From the NCBI GenBank assembly GCA_016294165.1, contig JAEDCM010000004.1:5914-69913 (forward strand): a DNA stretch of 64,000 nucleotides, in the 5' to 3' direction. The notes under the pieces were generated by a model. That model was not told where the DNA came from. It was given only the letters and a program-made list of their open reading frames with translations, and made no database searches. Shown here piece after piece: positions 1-7,889 of the stretch. The translations under genes were made by a program, and so were the position numbers. Source of the stretch: Anaeroplasmataceae bacterium (GTDB lineage: Bacteria > Bacillota_I > Bacilli_A > Acholeplasmatales > JAEDCM01). The stretch's first letter is position 1; every line of letters begins with the position of its first letter.

Positions 1-783
1 AAGATTCTTTTCTTTTAACAATCTAAATGTATCACGTGCACTATGACCAATAGCTAAAATTATACTCTCAGCATTGATTTTTACAAGCTCATCATTGAAC
101 CTAGCAATGACTACCTTTTCTTCTCCATCAATAAAATCGATAAACTGATGCGAAAATTTAATCTCTCCACCAAGCTCTACAATCTTATTAGCAATGTTAG
201 TCACAACATTTTTTAATATATCCGTTCCAATATGTGGTTTTGCTAAATACAATATTTCCTCTGGAGCACCATATTTAACAAGCTCATTTAAAACAAAACG
301 ATTATATTCATTGTTAATATTAGTAGTAAGCTTTCCATCGCTATATGTACCAGCCCCACCTAAACCAAAGGCAACGTTGGAATTCGGATTAATAACTCGT
401 TCTTTAAATAGCTTATCGACATCCATATCACGCTGTTTAATGTCACATCCACGCTCTAGGATGATCGGTTTAGCATTAGCATATGCTAAAACAAGCCCCG
501 CAAATAAACCAGCAGGTCCTGCCCCAACAATCACCACTTGACCCTTATGATATTTAGGAACTACTAAATCCTTATATGGTACTACCTTATCATATTTAAG
601 CTTTGACTCATTTTTACAGCTAACATGAAAATTCATTGAGAAAAAAACCTCTTTACGCGCATCAACTGATTTACGAACGATTTTAAAGTAATTAACCTTA
701 GTTTTAAGCTTTTTCTCTAAGATTTTCGTTATTAAATTGTCATCATAATCCAAAGGGATTTTAACTCCATTTACAACAATCAT
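1..783 (-). CDS. FAD-dependent oxidoreductase (COG2509-like), N-terminal 261 codons; 3' end lies outside the window
   Basis: Not in the ORF track because it runs off the edge. My minus-strand translation from ATG 783..781 (ATGA overlap with the stop of the gene above) reads MIVVNGVKIPLDYDDN...KGQVVIVGAGPAGLFAGLVLAYANAKPIILERG...GLGGAGTYSDGKL...LAIGHSARDTFRLLKEKNL and stays open to base 1. It has a GxGxxG dinucleotide-binding motif. Track ORF 194..541(+) is its antisense shadow. Confidence 0.6.
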   Translation of the reverse strand, partial: MIVVNGVKIPLDYDDNLITKILEKKLKTKVNYFKIVRKSVDARKEVFFSMNFHVSCKNESKLKYDKVVPYKDLVVPKYHKGQVVIVGAGPAGLFAGLVLAYANAKPIILERGCDIKQRDMDVDKLFKERVINPNSNVAFGLGGAGTYSDGKLTTNINNEYNRFVLNELVKYGAPEEILYLAKPHIGTDILKNVVTNIANKIVELGGEIKFSHQFIDFIDGEEKVVIARFNDELVKINAESIILAIGHSARDTFRLLKEKNL

Positions 784-1943
784 ATTTCTTCTCCTAATAG
801 ATACCCTGAGGCTAAAGCAAAATGAATATTATATCCTCCACTTAAACCATCCACATCTAAAACCTCTCCACAAAAATATAGATTATCAACTAGCTTAGAT
901 TGAAATTTATTAGTAACCTCGTCTAAAGATATTCCACCTACACACACCTGAGCATTATCAAAGGATGAAGGTGAAAACCCATGGATTTCATAATTTTTTA
1001 AAGCATAAGATAATTTATCAAATTCCTTAAAATCACCTTTTTTAATTGAACGATATGAAATATTAGAATCATCCATGATTTTTTTAAACAAAAGTTTATT
1101 CATAAATCCAAAAGCGCATGAATCTAAATATAAATCATCATTAGCATTTTTAAAATAATTAGATAACTCATCAACTTTCAAATCGGGAAAAAAATCTAAA
1201 ACAAGACTATCATATTTATTTCTCGCAAAAATGCTTGCGGCTTGAAATACACAAATACCACTAATACCATCTTCCTTAAATTGTATCTCGCCATTTTCTT
1301 GATATTTAAGCTCTCCATCAATCATAACCTTTAAATTGCACTTTGCACGAATTCCTGATAATTCCTTAAAACCTTCACATTTTAACGGTGCTAAGCCTGG
1401 AAGTATTCTGGTAATATGGTGATTAAAGGCTAAAGCAAGCCTATATCCATCACCATTAGTTCCTAATTTGCTTGAAGCCTTTGACCCACAAGCGATGACT
1501 AAATGTGTAAATTCATAATTATTATCTGTCGTTTTTACAACAAATAAATTGTCCTTTTTAGCCTCTAAAACCTCTTCAAATACAATTTTAATTCCTAACA
1601 AATGACATTCTAAAGTAAGCGCATCAAGCACATCCGATGACTGCTCATTATATGGATATATTCTTCCACTACTATCACTCTTTAGCATAATCCCTAAAGA
1701 TTTACAAAAATCAAATATATTAAAACTAGCAATGTCAAAATAATGATTGTTATATGAAACATCATCAAAATTAATATTGCTTATATTACATTTTCCATTA
1801 CCTGATGCCTTTAGCTTTTTTCCAAACTTATTTTTTTTATCAAAGATGATAACTTCACTATTTTTATTTTTTCTTTTAAAACTAATAGCACAGGCTAGTC
1901 CACTAGGGCCGGCCCCAATAATACCTAATTTCAAATAAATCAC
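780..1943 (-). CDS. NAD(P)/FAD-dependent oxidoreductase, HI0933/BaiN-like flavoprotein family
   Basis: 387 aa with a GTG start. N-terminal GIIGAGPSGLACA Rossmann motif, then KLKASGNGKCNISN. The C-terminal GEVLDVDGLSGGYNIHFA block is typical of HI0933-like proteins. Confidence 0.7.
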   Translation of the reverse strand: MIYLKLGIIGAGPSGLACAISFKRKNKNSEVIIFDKKNKFGKKLKASGNGKCNISNINFDDVSYNNHYFDIASFNIFDFCKSLGIMLKSDSSGRIYPYNEQSSDVLDALTLECHLLGIKIVFEEVLEAKKDNLFVVKTTDNNYEFTHLVIACGSKASSKLGTNGDGYRLALAFNHHITRILPGLAPLKCEGFKELSGIRAKCNLKVMIDGELKYQENGEIQFKEDGISGICVFQAASIFARNKYDSLVLDFFPDLKVDELSNYFKNANDDLYLDSCAFGFMNKLLFKKIMDDSNISYRSIKKGDFKEFDKLSYALKNYEIHGFSPSSFDNAQVCVGGISLDEVTNKFQSKLVDNLYFCGEVLDVDGLSGGYNIHFALASGYLLGEEI

Positions 1944-2968
1944 CTACAAATATACTTATTTAATAACTTGATTGTTTCTAAAATCGCATTAAGGTGTGTT
2001 CTTTCCATTCCATGTGATGCATGAACTCCAGGGCCGATAAGCGCTCCTTTAAAGCTTCCACCACCGCGAAGTGCCGCTGATACATCTGATGAATAGAATG
2101 GAAAAATATCAACTGCATAATCAATCTTATTTTCTTTAGCAATATTAATTAATTTAGTTGTTATATCATAATCATATGGACCAGAAGTATCCTTTGCCGC
2201 AATACTAACCTTATATTCACTACCTGCTAAATCCAAACCAATGCATCCCATATCAACCGTAATAAACTCATCAAATTCTTCATCTAGTGCACTTGCTCCA
2301 TGGCCAACCTCCTCATAAACCGTAAAGAAAAAGAAGGTATCATAATCAGGCTTTAAATTATTATCCTTAAAATATTTTAATAATGTTAAAAGAATACATA
2401 CTGATGCTTTATCATCAATAAATCTTGATTTAATAAATCCACTATCAGTTATTTCAAATTTTGGATCAATGCAAACTATATCACCATTATCAATTCCTAA
2501 TTTAAGAACATCATCCTTAGATTTAACAATTTCATCAATCCTAATTTCCATATTATCCTGATCACGACTTTTTGAACGGGCATCTGAAAAAACATGAACT
2601 GATGGAGATGTTGATAAGATGGTTCCACTATAGCATTTATTATCACGCGTATAAATTTTACAATATTCACCATCTAAGGTTGGAAACATAATTCCTCCAA
2701 TTGGAGTAACTGCTAGATTACCATTAGGTTTGATGCTTCTAACCATCAGTCCTAGAGTATCTAAATGGGCACTTGTCGCGTATTTTTTTTCGCTGCTCTT
2801 CCCTTTAACAAAAACCTTTAGTCCACCCTTTTTGATTTCACTTGACTCATATCCTAAATCATCTACTAGGGATTTTACTAACTTAACCGCCTTACTTGTA
2901 TATCCAGAGGGGCTATCACAATTAAAAACCTTTTCTGCAATTTCCTTATAATAATTCATATCTATCAT
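1940..2968 (-). CDS. M42 family metallopeptidase (glutamyl aminopeptidase / FrvX-like)
   Basis: 342 aa. Blocks SAHLDTLG, FFFTVYEEVGHGAS and GPGVHASHGMERTH look like M42 metal-ligand regions. 4-nt overlap with the next gene. Confidence 0.75.
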   Translation of the reverse strand: MIDMNYYKEIAEKVFNCDSPSGYTSKAVKLVKSLVDDLGYESSEIKKGGLKVFVKGKSSEKKYATSAHLDTLGLMVRSIKPNGNLAVTPIGGIMFPTLDGEYCKIYTRDNKCYSGTILSTSPSVHVFSDARSKSRDQDNMEIRIDEIVKSKDDVLKLGIDNGDIVCIDPKFEITDSGFIKSRFIDDKASVCILLTLLKYFKDNNLKPDYDTFFFFTVYEEVGHGASALDEEFDEFITVDMGCIGLDLAGSEYKVSIAAKDTSGPYDYDITTKLINIAKENKIDYAVDIFPFYSSDVSAALRGGGSFKGALIGPGVHASHGMERTHLNAILETIKLLNKYICR

Positions 2969-3056
2969 TGTTAATCACCAAAAATAGTATACCATAAAAA
3001 ATAATTATTTTTAAAAAAAGATTATTATTTATAAATGATTTATTTTTAAAAAATGA

Positions 3057-3085
3057 TTGACAAAAATATTAGATAATGATATATT
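3057..3085 (+). promoter_or_regulatory. sigma-A-type promoter for tRNA-Lys
   Basis: TTGACA (3057-3062), a 17-nt spacer, then TATATT (3080-3085), about 24 nt upstream of the tRNA 5' end. Confidence 0.55.
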
Positions 3086-3108
3086 TATTTATGGTCACTG
3101 ACCAATAT

Positions 3109-3184
3109 GCACCCTTAGCTCAGCTGGTAGAGCAACTGACTCTTAATCAGTGGGTCTACGGTTCGATCCCGTAAGGGTGTACCA
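3109..3184 (+). tRNA. tRNA-Lys (anticodon CUU), CCA encoded
   Basis: Cloverleaf read by eye: acceptor GCACCCT/AGGGTGT, D arm GCTC-AGCTGGTA-GAGC, anticodon arm ACTGA-CTCTTAA-TCAGT (anticodon CTT), variable loop GGGTC, T arm TACGG-TTCGATC-CCGTA, then ACCA. 76 nt. Confidence 0.9.
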
Positions 3185-3194
3185 TTTAAAATAT

Positions 3195-3234
3195 AAAGCT
3201 TAACTCATAAGTTATATGAATTAAGCTTTTTTTA
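3195..3234 (+). terminator. intrinsic terminator after tRNA-Lys
   Basis: Stem AAAGCTTAA / TTAAGCTTT (3195-3203 / 3221-3229) followed by a T-run. Confidence 0.6.
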
Positions 3235-3366
3235 TTTAATTCATGCATAAAATATTAAAAAAAAACAAGATTTCTCTTGCTTTTTTTATAATAATTATTG
3301 ACTTTTGTAAACTAAAGCGTTAAAATTTAATAGTAATCGTCTAGCAAAAGGGTTATTCGGTTAATT

Positions 3367-3392
3367 AGAGACTTTTAGAGTCTCTTTTTTTT
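3367..3392. terminator. hairpin terminator (plus-strand T-run; abuts the stop of the convergent minus-strand gene)
   Basis: AGAGACT-TTTAG-AGTCTCT followed by TTTTTTT (3386-3392). Confidence 0.55.
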
Positions 3393-3582
3393 ATAGTCTT
3401 TTACTTTCTCCCTTTTCTTCTAACTCTTTAAATGATTTTACACCCTTGGACTTTAGAAGTTCATTCATAAATTTCTCATCCTCATCTACCTCTTGTTGGT
3501 GCTCCTCACGAGTGGCTAAAAAGAAAATGGCAGATAATAGAATGATGGTACTAAAAATATAACCTAACACCGTCCAAAACAT
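3391..3582 (-). CDS. small single-pass membrane protein (hypothetical)
   Basis: Track ORF is 3391..3624. I prefer the internal ATG at 3582 (MFWTVLGYIFSTIILLSAIFFLA...) because GAGGTGA lies 5 nt upstream. One TM helix and an acidic/basic tail. Last gene of the repeat-protein/amidase operon. Confidence 0.4.
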   Translation of the reverse strand: MFWTVLGYIFSTIILLSAIFFLATREEHQQEVDEDEKFMNELLKSKGVKSFKELEEKGESKRL

Positions 3583-3613
3583 GAAAATCACCTCATATAA
3601 ATTATAGCATGTC

Positions 3614-4627
3614 TTAGATTTCAAATAAATAGGTTTTTAAATTTTTTGTAATTTCTATTTGGTATATTTCTTTCGGATTAATTACATTTCCATTCTCATG
3701 GAGATTTTTATCAATATAATTAATTTTTATATCATTTTTTAAGAAAAACAATTCTACATTAACCAAATCCTTAAAATAGTTCATTAGTTTGTAATTATTT
3801 ATGGTTAATGGGCAATTCTTCTTCGCAAAATCGCTATGGGTTTTAACACATGATAAATCAAGATTATATTTGTCAATCAAATGAGCCGTAAGCTTTGCGG
3901 TACGATGCATGTTATAGAAAAAGTCATCATCCTTGTTAACACACATTTCAATTCCAATCCCATTTTTATTACCGCCATCGTCCTTTAACCCATCACCAGC
4001 ATGATAGGCAACCTCATTATCGGGTATATGATTAATAACATAATGATTGTCAACGGTATAATGCCAGGAAGTTGCTTGCTTATTCTCATTATTTTTTAAA
4101 TATTTTGCATGATTAAGTGCTCCAGCATCAGTATTGCCTGTTTCATGAATAACGATATATTTTATCTCTCTTTTTATACAAGGACGTGCTTTTGTGTTCT
4201 TACTTAGATGATCATTTTGAATAATTAGATCCTCGTTAAGATACATAAAAGCACTTTTATATCCCTTGTATACGTATTTATCATAAATGTTTAAAGTATA
4301 TAGTAAATTATCATTTTTAATGCTTTTTAAATAATCTTCTAAATTGCTTTCAATAATATTTAAATTAATAATATCATTACCAACACTTATTATCGTATTT
4401 CCTTCCTTTATCGGAACTAAATAATTACTATAAATTTTAATATAACTTGCATCATAAACGATCTTAATATCTGGCAATTCATATTTTTGATTCTTCGTTA
4501 CGATTTTATTAAGTTCATTTTTATTAGACGCGGTAATGACTGTTGATGTTGGATTATTCTCTTTTATTTCTTCCTTCTTACAGCTGGTTAAAAATACCAA
4601 TAAAACGCATAATATAACTATTTTCAT
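3614..4627 (-). CDS. N-acetylmuramoyl-L-alanine amidase (Amidase_2/PGRP type) lipoprotein
   Basis: Signal peptide plus lipobox (MKIVILCVLLVFLTSC). C-terminal IKYIVIHETGNT...SWHYTVD...AYHAGDG...GIGIEMC matches Amidase_2 zinc-amidase blocks. ATG 4627 is preceded by GAGGTGAGGGAG; the track start at 4636 is GTG. Confidence 0.75.
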   Translation of the reverse strand: MKIVILCVLLVFLTSCKKEEIKENNPTSTVITASNKNELNKIVTKNQKYELPDIKIVYDASYIKIYSNYLVPIKEGNTIISVGNDIINLNIIESNLEDYLKSIKNDNLLYTLNIYDKYVYKGYKSAFMYLNEDLIIQNDHLSKNTKARPCIKREIKYIVIHETGNTDAGALNHAKYLKNNENKQATSWHYTVDNHYVINHIPDNEVAYHAGDGLKDDGGNKNGIGIEMCVNKDDDFFYNMHRTAKLTAHLIDKYNLDLSCVKTHSDFAKKNCPLTINNYKLMNYFKDLVNVELFFLKNDIKINYIDKNLHENGNVINPKEIYQIEITKNLKTYLFEI

Positions 4628-4666
4628 CTCCCTCACCTCATAAATATGATAAGGGATTTATTATCT

Positions 4667-6772
4667 TTAGTCTACCGGTAAATATTGGCTTTTAATCTCT
4701 AAAAGGATCTTTGAATTATGAACAACCATATCATTTCTATTTTCATATAGCTTTAATACATATTTCAAATATTCAATTCTTTTTGAATTCTCAATCCCAT
4801 CATCATTACACATCTCACTTAACAATAGTATTTGTTCATCAATGTAACTATTTATCTCATCATTCACATCCTCAGTTTGACTTTCAAGCTTAATAAACTC
4901 ACGTTCCATATCCAAAATTCTTTCATAATTTGAAACATGGATTTTTAAATCCTCATCTAGCATTTCATAAGCCATGCGTGCTCTGGCAATATCATCACCT
5001 TCATGAATTTCCACATCTCCAATTTCATCTATTAGATGCTCAACATTAATAATTAAATCTTCCATTTTTTCAATTTCTTGATGGGCTTTATTTAATTTAT
5101 CACTAACAAAATCAAAATCCTTAGCCTCATTCATTAAATCAATAATAACACTCTTATGGACATATTTAATTGGGTTTGGCAATAAAGAAATTTTTTCTTC
5201 TAATGTTTTAATTCCTCTTAGGCGCTTAATCTTGTTTTGTTCTTCTGTTAAAATATGGGCATGAGTTACATAATTTAAAACTAAGGAATCTAAGCTTTCA
5301 TATTCACTCTTATAGATTAATAGATCCTTTTCATCATCAAGACTACTAACCTTAAAGGCTTTAATTTCTTCATTAAGCTTATTAGCCTTTTTAACCATAA
5401 ACTCATAATAGTTCATATTATTCATATAATGGACCAATTCATTATAATTAAAGACATATCCTCTGGCTTCAGGGTCAAGACTATTATAAGCTTCATTAGC
5501 CTTTAAAACCAGTTTACGATCATAATTTATCTCAATACTATTAATTATTGAAGTAACATCTAATGCCTTATTCTTATTCGTGCTAACTGCTATCGCTTTA
5601 GTTAAAACATCATAATTAGTTACAAGCTTCTTTAAATCTGCATCAAGATTAATATATCTTGAATCAATCTCATTTAAATAATTTAAATGGGTTGCTTCAA
5701 TATGATATGGAATACTATTAATTTCATCAAAAATCGCTTTAGCAAGGCCTTTTCTTTTATCCTCTAATATTAAATCATCCAATATTTCTGATGTTTTTAC
5801 AAATAAATCTTTATTCTCCATATAGTCCTTAATTGATTCACTTAAGGATTCATAAATTCCTAAAACTAAATTATATTGTTCAAGTTTGTTTGCCAGTGAT
5901 ACATTATCATCAGTAACTAGTGAATGAAGCAATGATATTTGTTTATCCATATTGCTTGCGGATTTTTTATCAGCCTGTGCTTGTTTTAATTCTTTAATGA
6001 CATTATTTAATTCGATTAATTTAGCATAATTTGTAACATATACTTTTTCATTATTATTTAAATTTTCATACATTACTAGTGCTTCATTAATTCGCTCTTC
6101 ATCCTCAAGAGTAACTCGCGTTTTGATGGCATCAATTGCCTCAACAACCACCATTGCATTTTTAATGCTTTCAATAACTGATAATAAATTTAAGAGCTTC
6201 TCATAATTTGTAACATACTTTTTCGCATCATCAACTAAATTAATATAAGCTTCATTAGCTTCGTTAACCATTCCTTCTTCGCTTAAAGTGACATCTAACG
6301 GAAGCTCATCAATAAGCTTAATAACCTCAGCGGCTAATTCTTTATGCTTAGCAATTAATTCTAGTTTAGTAATTATTTGGTTAATCTCTTCTAAGCAATT
6401 AGCATTTTTAAGCATTATTTTTAGATTTTCATTTAAGCTGTTATATAAATTAAAAGTATATAACACACATTCCTTTTTCAAATCTAAATCTAGAATTTCA
6501 TCATTAACTGTTTTTAAACTAAGAACAATTTGATTATCAACGATATCTCGCAAATTACGCTCTTCTAAAGTAATTCCATCCTTAGCTAAAAACTTCTTTT
6601 CTAAATCTTCTAAATCCTTCTTGTTATAGACATGACTCTTTTGTTCATCATTTAATGACTCATACATTATCCTTGCATCATTAATCATATCCTTGTCCAC
6701 TTTTTTATTAGTCTTCAATTTGTTTATTAAAGCACATATATTATTGACCTGCTTTTCCTCTTTCTTTTTCAT
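4667..6772 (-). CDS. 701-aa helical-repeat protein of unknown function (about 10 copies of a Y-x2-L...V-x-N-Y-x2-L motif)
   Basis: Long ORF. The RBS GGGAG precedes the ATG at 6772; the track start is 6796. Recurring segments: RIMYESLNDEQKSHVYN, NEAYINLVDDAKKYVTNYEKL, LVMYENLNNNEKVYVTNYAKL, SRYINLDADLKKLVTNYDVL, NEAYNSLDPEARGYVFNYNEL, RMAYEMLDEDLKIHVSNYERI. No hydrophobic N-terminus or TM segment seen. Confidence 0.6.
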   Translation of the reverse strand: MKKKEEKQVNNICALINKLKTNKKVDKDMINDARIMYESLNDEQKSHVYNKKDLEDLEKKFLAKDGITLEERNLRDIVDNQIVLSLKTVNDEILDLDLKKECVLYTFNLYNSLNENLKIMLKNANCLEEINQIITKLELIAKHKELAAEVIKLIDELPLDVTLSEEGMVNEANEAYINLVDDAKKYVTNYEKLLNLLSVIESIKNAMVVVEAIDAIKTRVTLEDEERINEALVMYENLNNNEKVYVTNYAKLIELNNVIKELKQAQADKKSASNMDKQISLLHSLVTDDNVSLANKLEQYNLVLGIYESLSESIKDYMENKDLFVKTSEILDDLILEDKRKGLAKAIFDEINSIPYHIEATHLNYLNEIDSRYINLDADLKKLVTNYDVLTKAIAVSTNKNKALDVTSIINSIEINYDRKLVLKANEAYNSLDPEARGYVFNYNELVHYMNNMNYYEFMVKKANKLNEEIKAFKVSSLDDEKDLLIYKSEYESLDSLVLNYVTHAHILTEEQNKIKRLRGIKTLEEKISLLPNPIKYVHKSVIIDLMNEAKDFDFVSDKLNKAHQEIEKMEDLIINVEHLIDEIGDVEIHEGDDIARARMAYEMLDEDLKIHVSNYERILDMEREFIKLESQTEDVNDEINSYIDEQILLLSEMCNDDGIENSKRIEYLKYVLKLYENRNDMVVHNSKILLEIKSQYLPVD

Positions 6773-6937
6773 AAAAATTCTCCCTTCTAGAAACAATATA
6801 TTAAAGATTAATAAAACAAATGTGCAATATAATGCGATTTTTTAAAATATTTTTTTATTTTCCATTTTTTTAATGTCTAATAATTATTATAAAAATCAAA
6901 AAAAAGAGAAAACTATCAAATGAAGGAGGATTATAAA

Positions 6938-7138
6938 ATGAAAAAAAATTATAACAACCAAAATGAAATGAACAAATATCAAGAAGAATCTAGAGAAAAC
7001 TATCAAAATGAATGCAATCATTATAATGAAGAATACTCTAGTGAATCTTCAAATTATCAAAATAGCAATGCTAAAAACCATAATAACGCAAATAATGCTA
7101 GTAATAATTCAAACAAAAATAACAAGTTAAACTACTAA
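6938..7138 (+). CDS. 66-aa Asn/Tyr/Glu/Ser-rich low-complexity protein (hypothetical)
   Basis: AAGGAGG lies 7 nt upstream of the ATG at 6938; the track start is 6920. A strong terminator follows immediately. Sequence: MKKNYNNQNEMNKYQEESRENYQNECNHYNEEYSSESSNYQNSNAKNHNNANNASNNSNKNNKLNY. Confidence 0.5.
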   Translation: MKKNYNNQNEMNKYQEESRENYQNECNHYNEEYSSESSNYQNSNAKNHNNANNASNNSNKNNKLNY

Positions 7139-7145
7139 AAAAAAT

Positions 7146-7171
7146 AGAGAATGAATTAAGTTTCATTCTCT
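7146..7171. terminator. bidirectional terminator between convergent genes
   Basis: 10-bp stem AGAGAATGAA / TTCATTCTCT with loop TTAAGT, flanked by an A-run (5') and a T-rich tract (3'). Confidence 0.6.
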
Positions 7172-7172
7172 T

Positions 7173-7889
7173 TTATTTTATTACCTTGTTAATTAAATCA
7201 GCTTTAAAACCCTTTTGATATAAGCTATTAAATATTTTACTTCTTAGCTCATATCCACTATACTTCTTTTCATATTTTTTTAAAAGCTTTTCATATTCCT
7301 TTTTGATAAGCGGTAATTCATCACACGCCACTTCCTCAAATTTTATATCAATATAGCCTTTGTTTTTTAAATAATGATAAATATATTCGTTTAAAGCCTT
7401 CGAACTTTTGTTTTTAGCCGTTTTTTTTAACTTTGCGACTAATTTATCAATATTTTCTTGTTCGTCGCCATATTCTAAATTATTTAAAATTTCTGTATCT
7501 ACACCTTTTAAGGATAATTCATTTTTAATCAACTTTATACCCTTTAAATTGCGTTTTTTTTGATAGTTTAAATACATATTAGAATATAACTCATCATCTA
7601 AATAACGTTGATTTAAAAGCATTTCAATGATTTTTACATGATAATTATTTTGATTTCTTAAGTAAATCTTAACCTCGTTAATGGTTCTTGGCTTATTTAA
7701 ATATTTTCTAGCCATATAATATCCATCCACAATAAATGAATATTCCTTTATTTCCTTTAATAATTCCTCATCAACTAAAGTAGAGTGTAATAAACGATAC
7801 TTAATAATCACATCCTCATAAACTAGCATATCTAGATTATCAGATGTTAAACGATACTTATTTTTTTCTTTTTTTACATCAATTCTCAT
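7173..7889 (-). CDS. recX: RecX-like regulatory protein
   Basis: 238 aa. Repeated three-helix pattern (ARKYLNKPRTINEVKIYL..., IIEMLLNQRYLDDELYSNMYL, IKNELSLKGVDTEIL, YLKNKGY) resembles Firmicute RecX/YfhG. The call is from memory of the family, not a search. Confidence 0.55.
   Translation of the reverse strand: MRIDVKKEKNKYRLTSDNLDMLVYEDVIIKYRLLHSTLVDEELLKEIKEYSFIVDGYYMARKYLNKPRTINEVKIYLRNQNNYHVKIIEMLLNQRYLDDELYSNMYLNYQKKRNLKGIKLIKNELSLKGVDTEILNNLEYGDEQENIDKLVAKLKKTAKNKSSKALNEYIYHYLKNKGYIDIKFEEVACDELPLIKKEYEKLLKKYEKKYSGYELRSKIFNSLYQKGFKADLINKVIK

Noticed and set aside
3109-6796. The lone tRNA-Lys might be an integration site, with the adjacent repeat-protein/amidase operon as a genomic islet.
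   Set aside because: There is no integrase, recombinase or phage gene. I did not spot a direct repeat of the tRNA 3' end downstream, and the composition looks the same as the flanks. The idea cannot be supported from this window.
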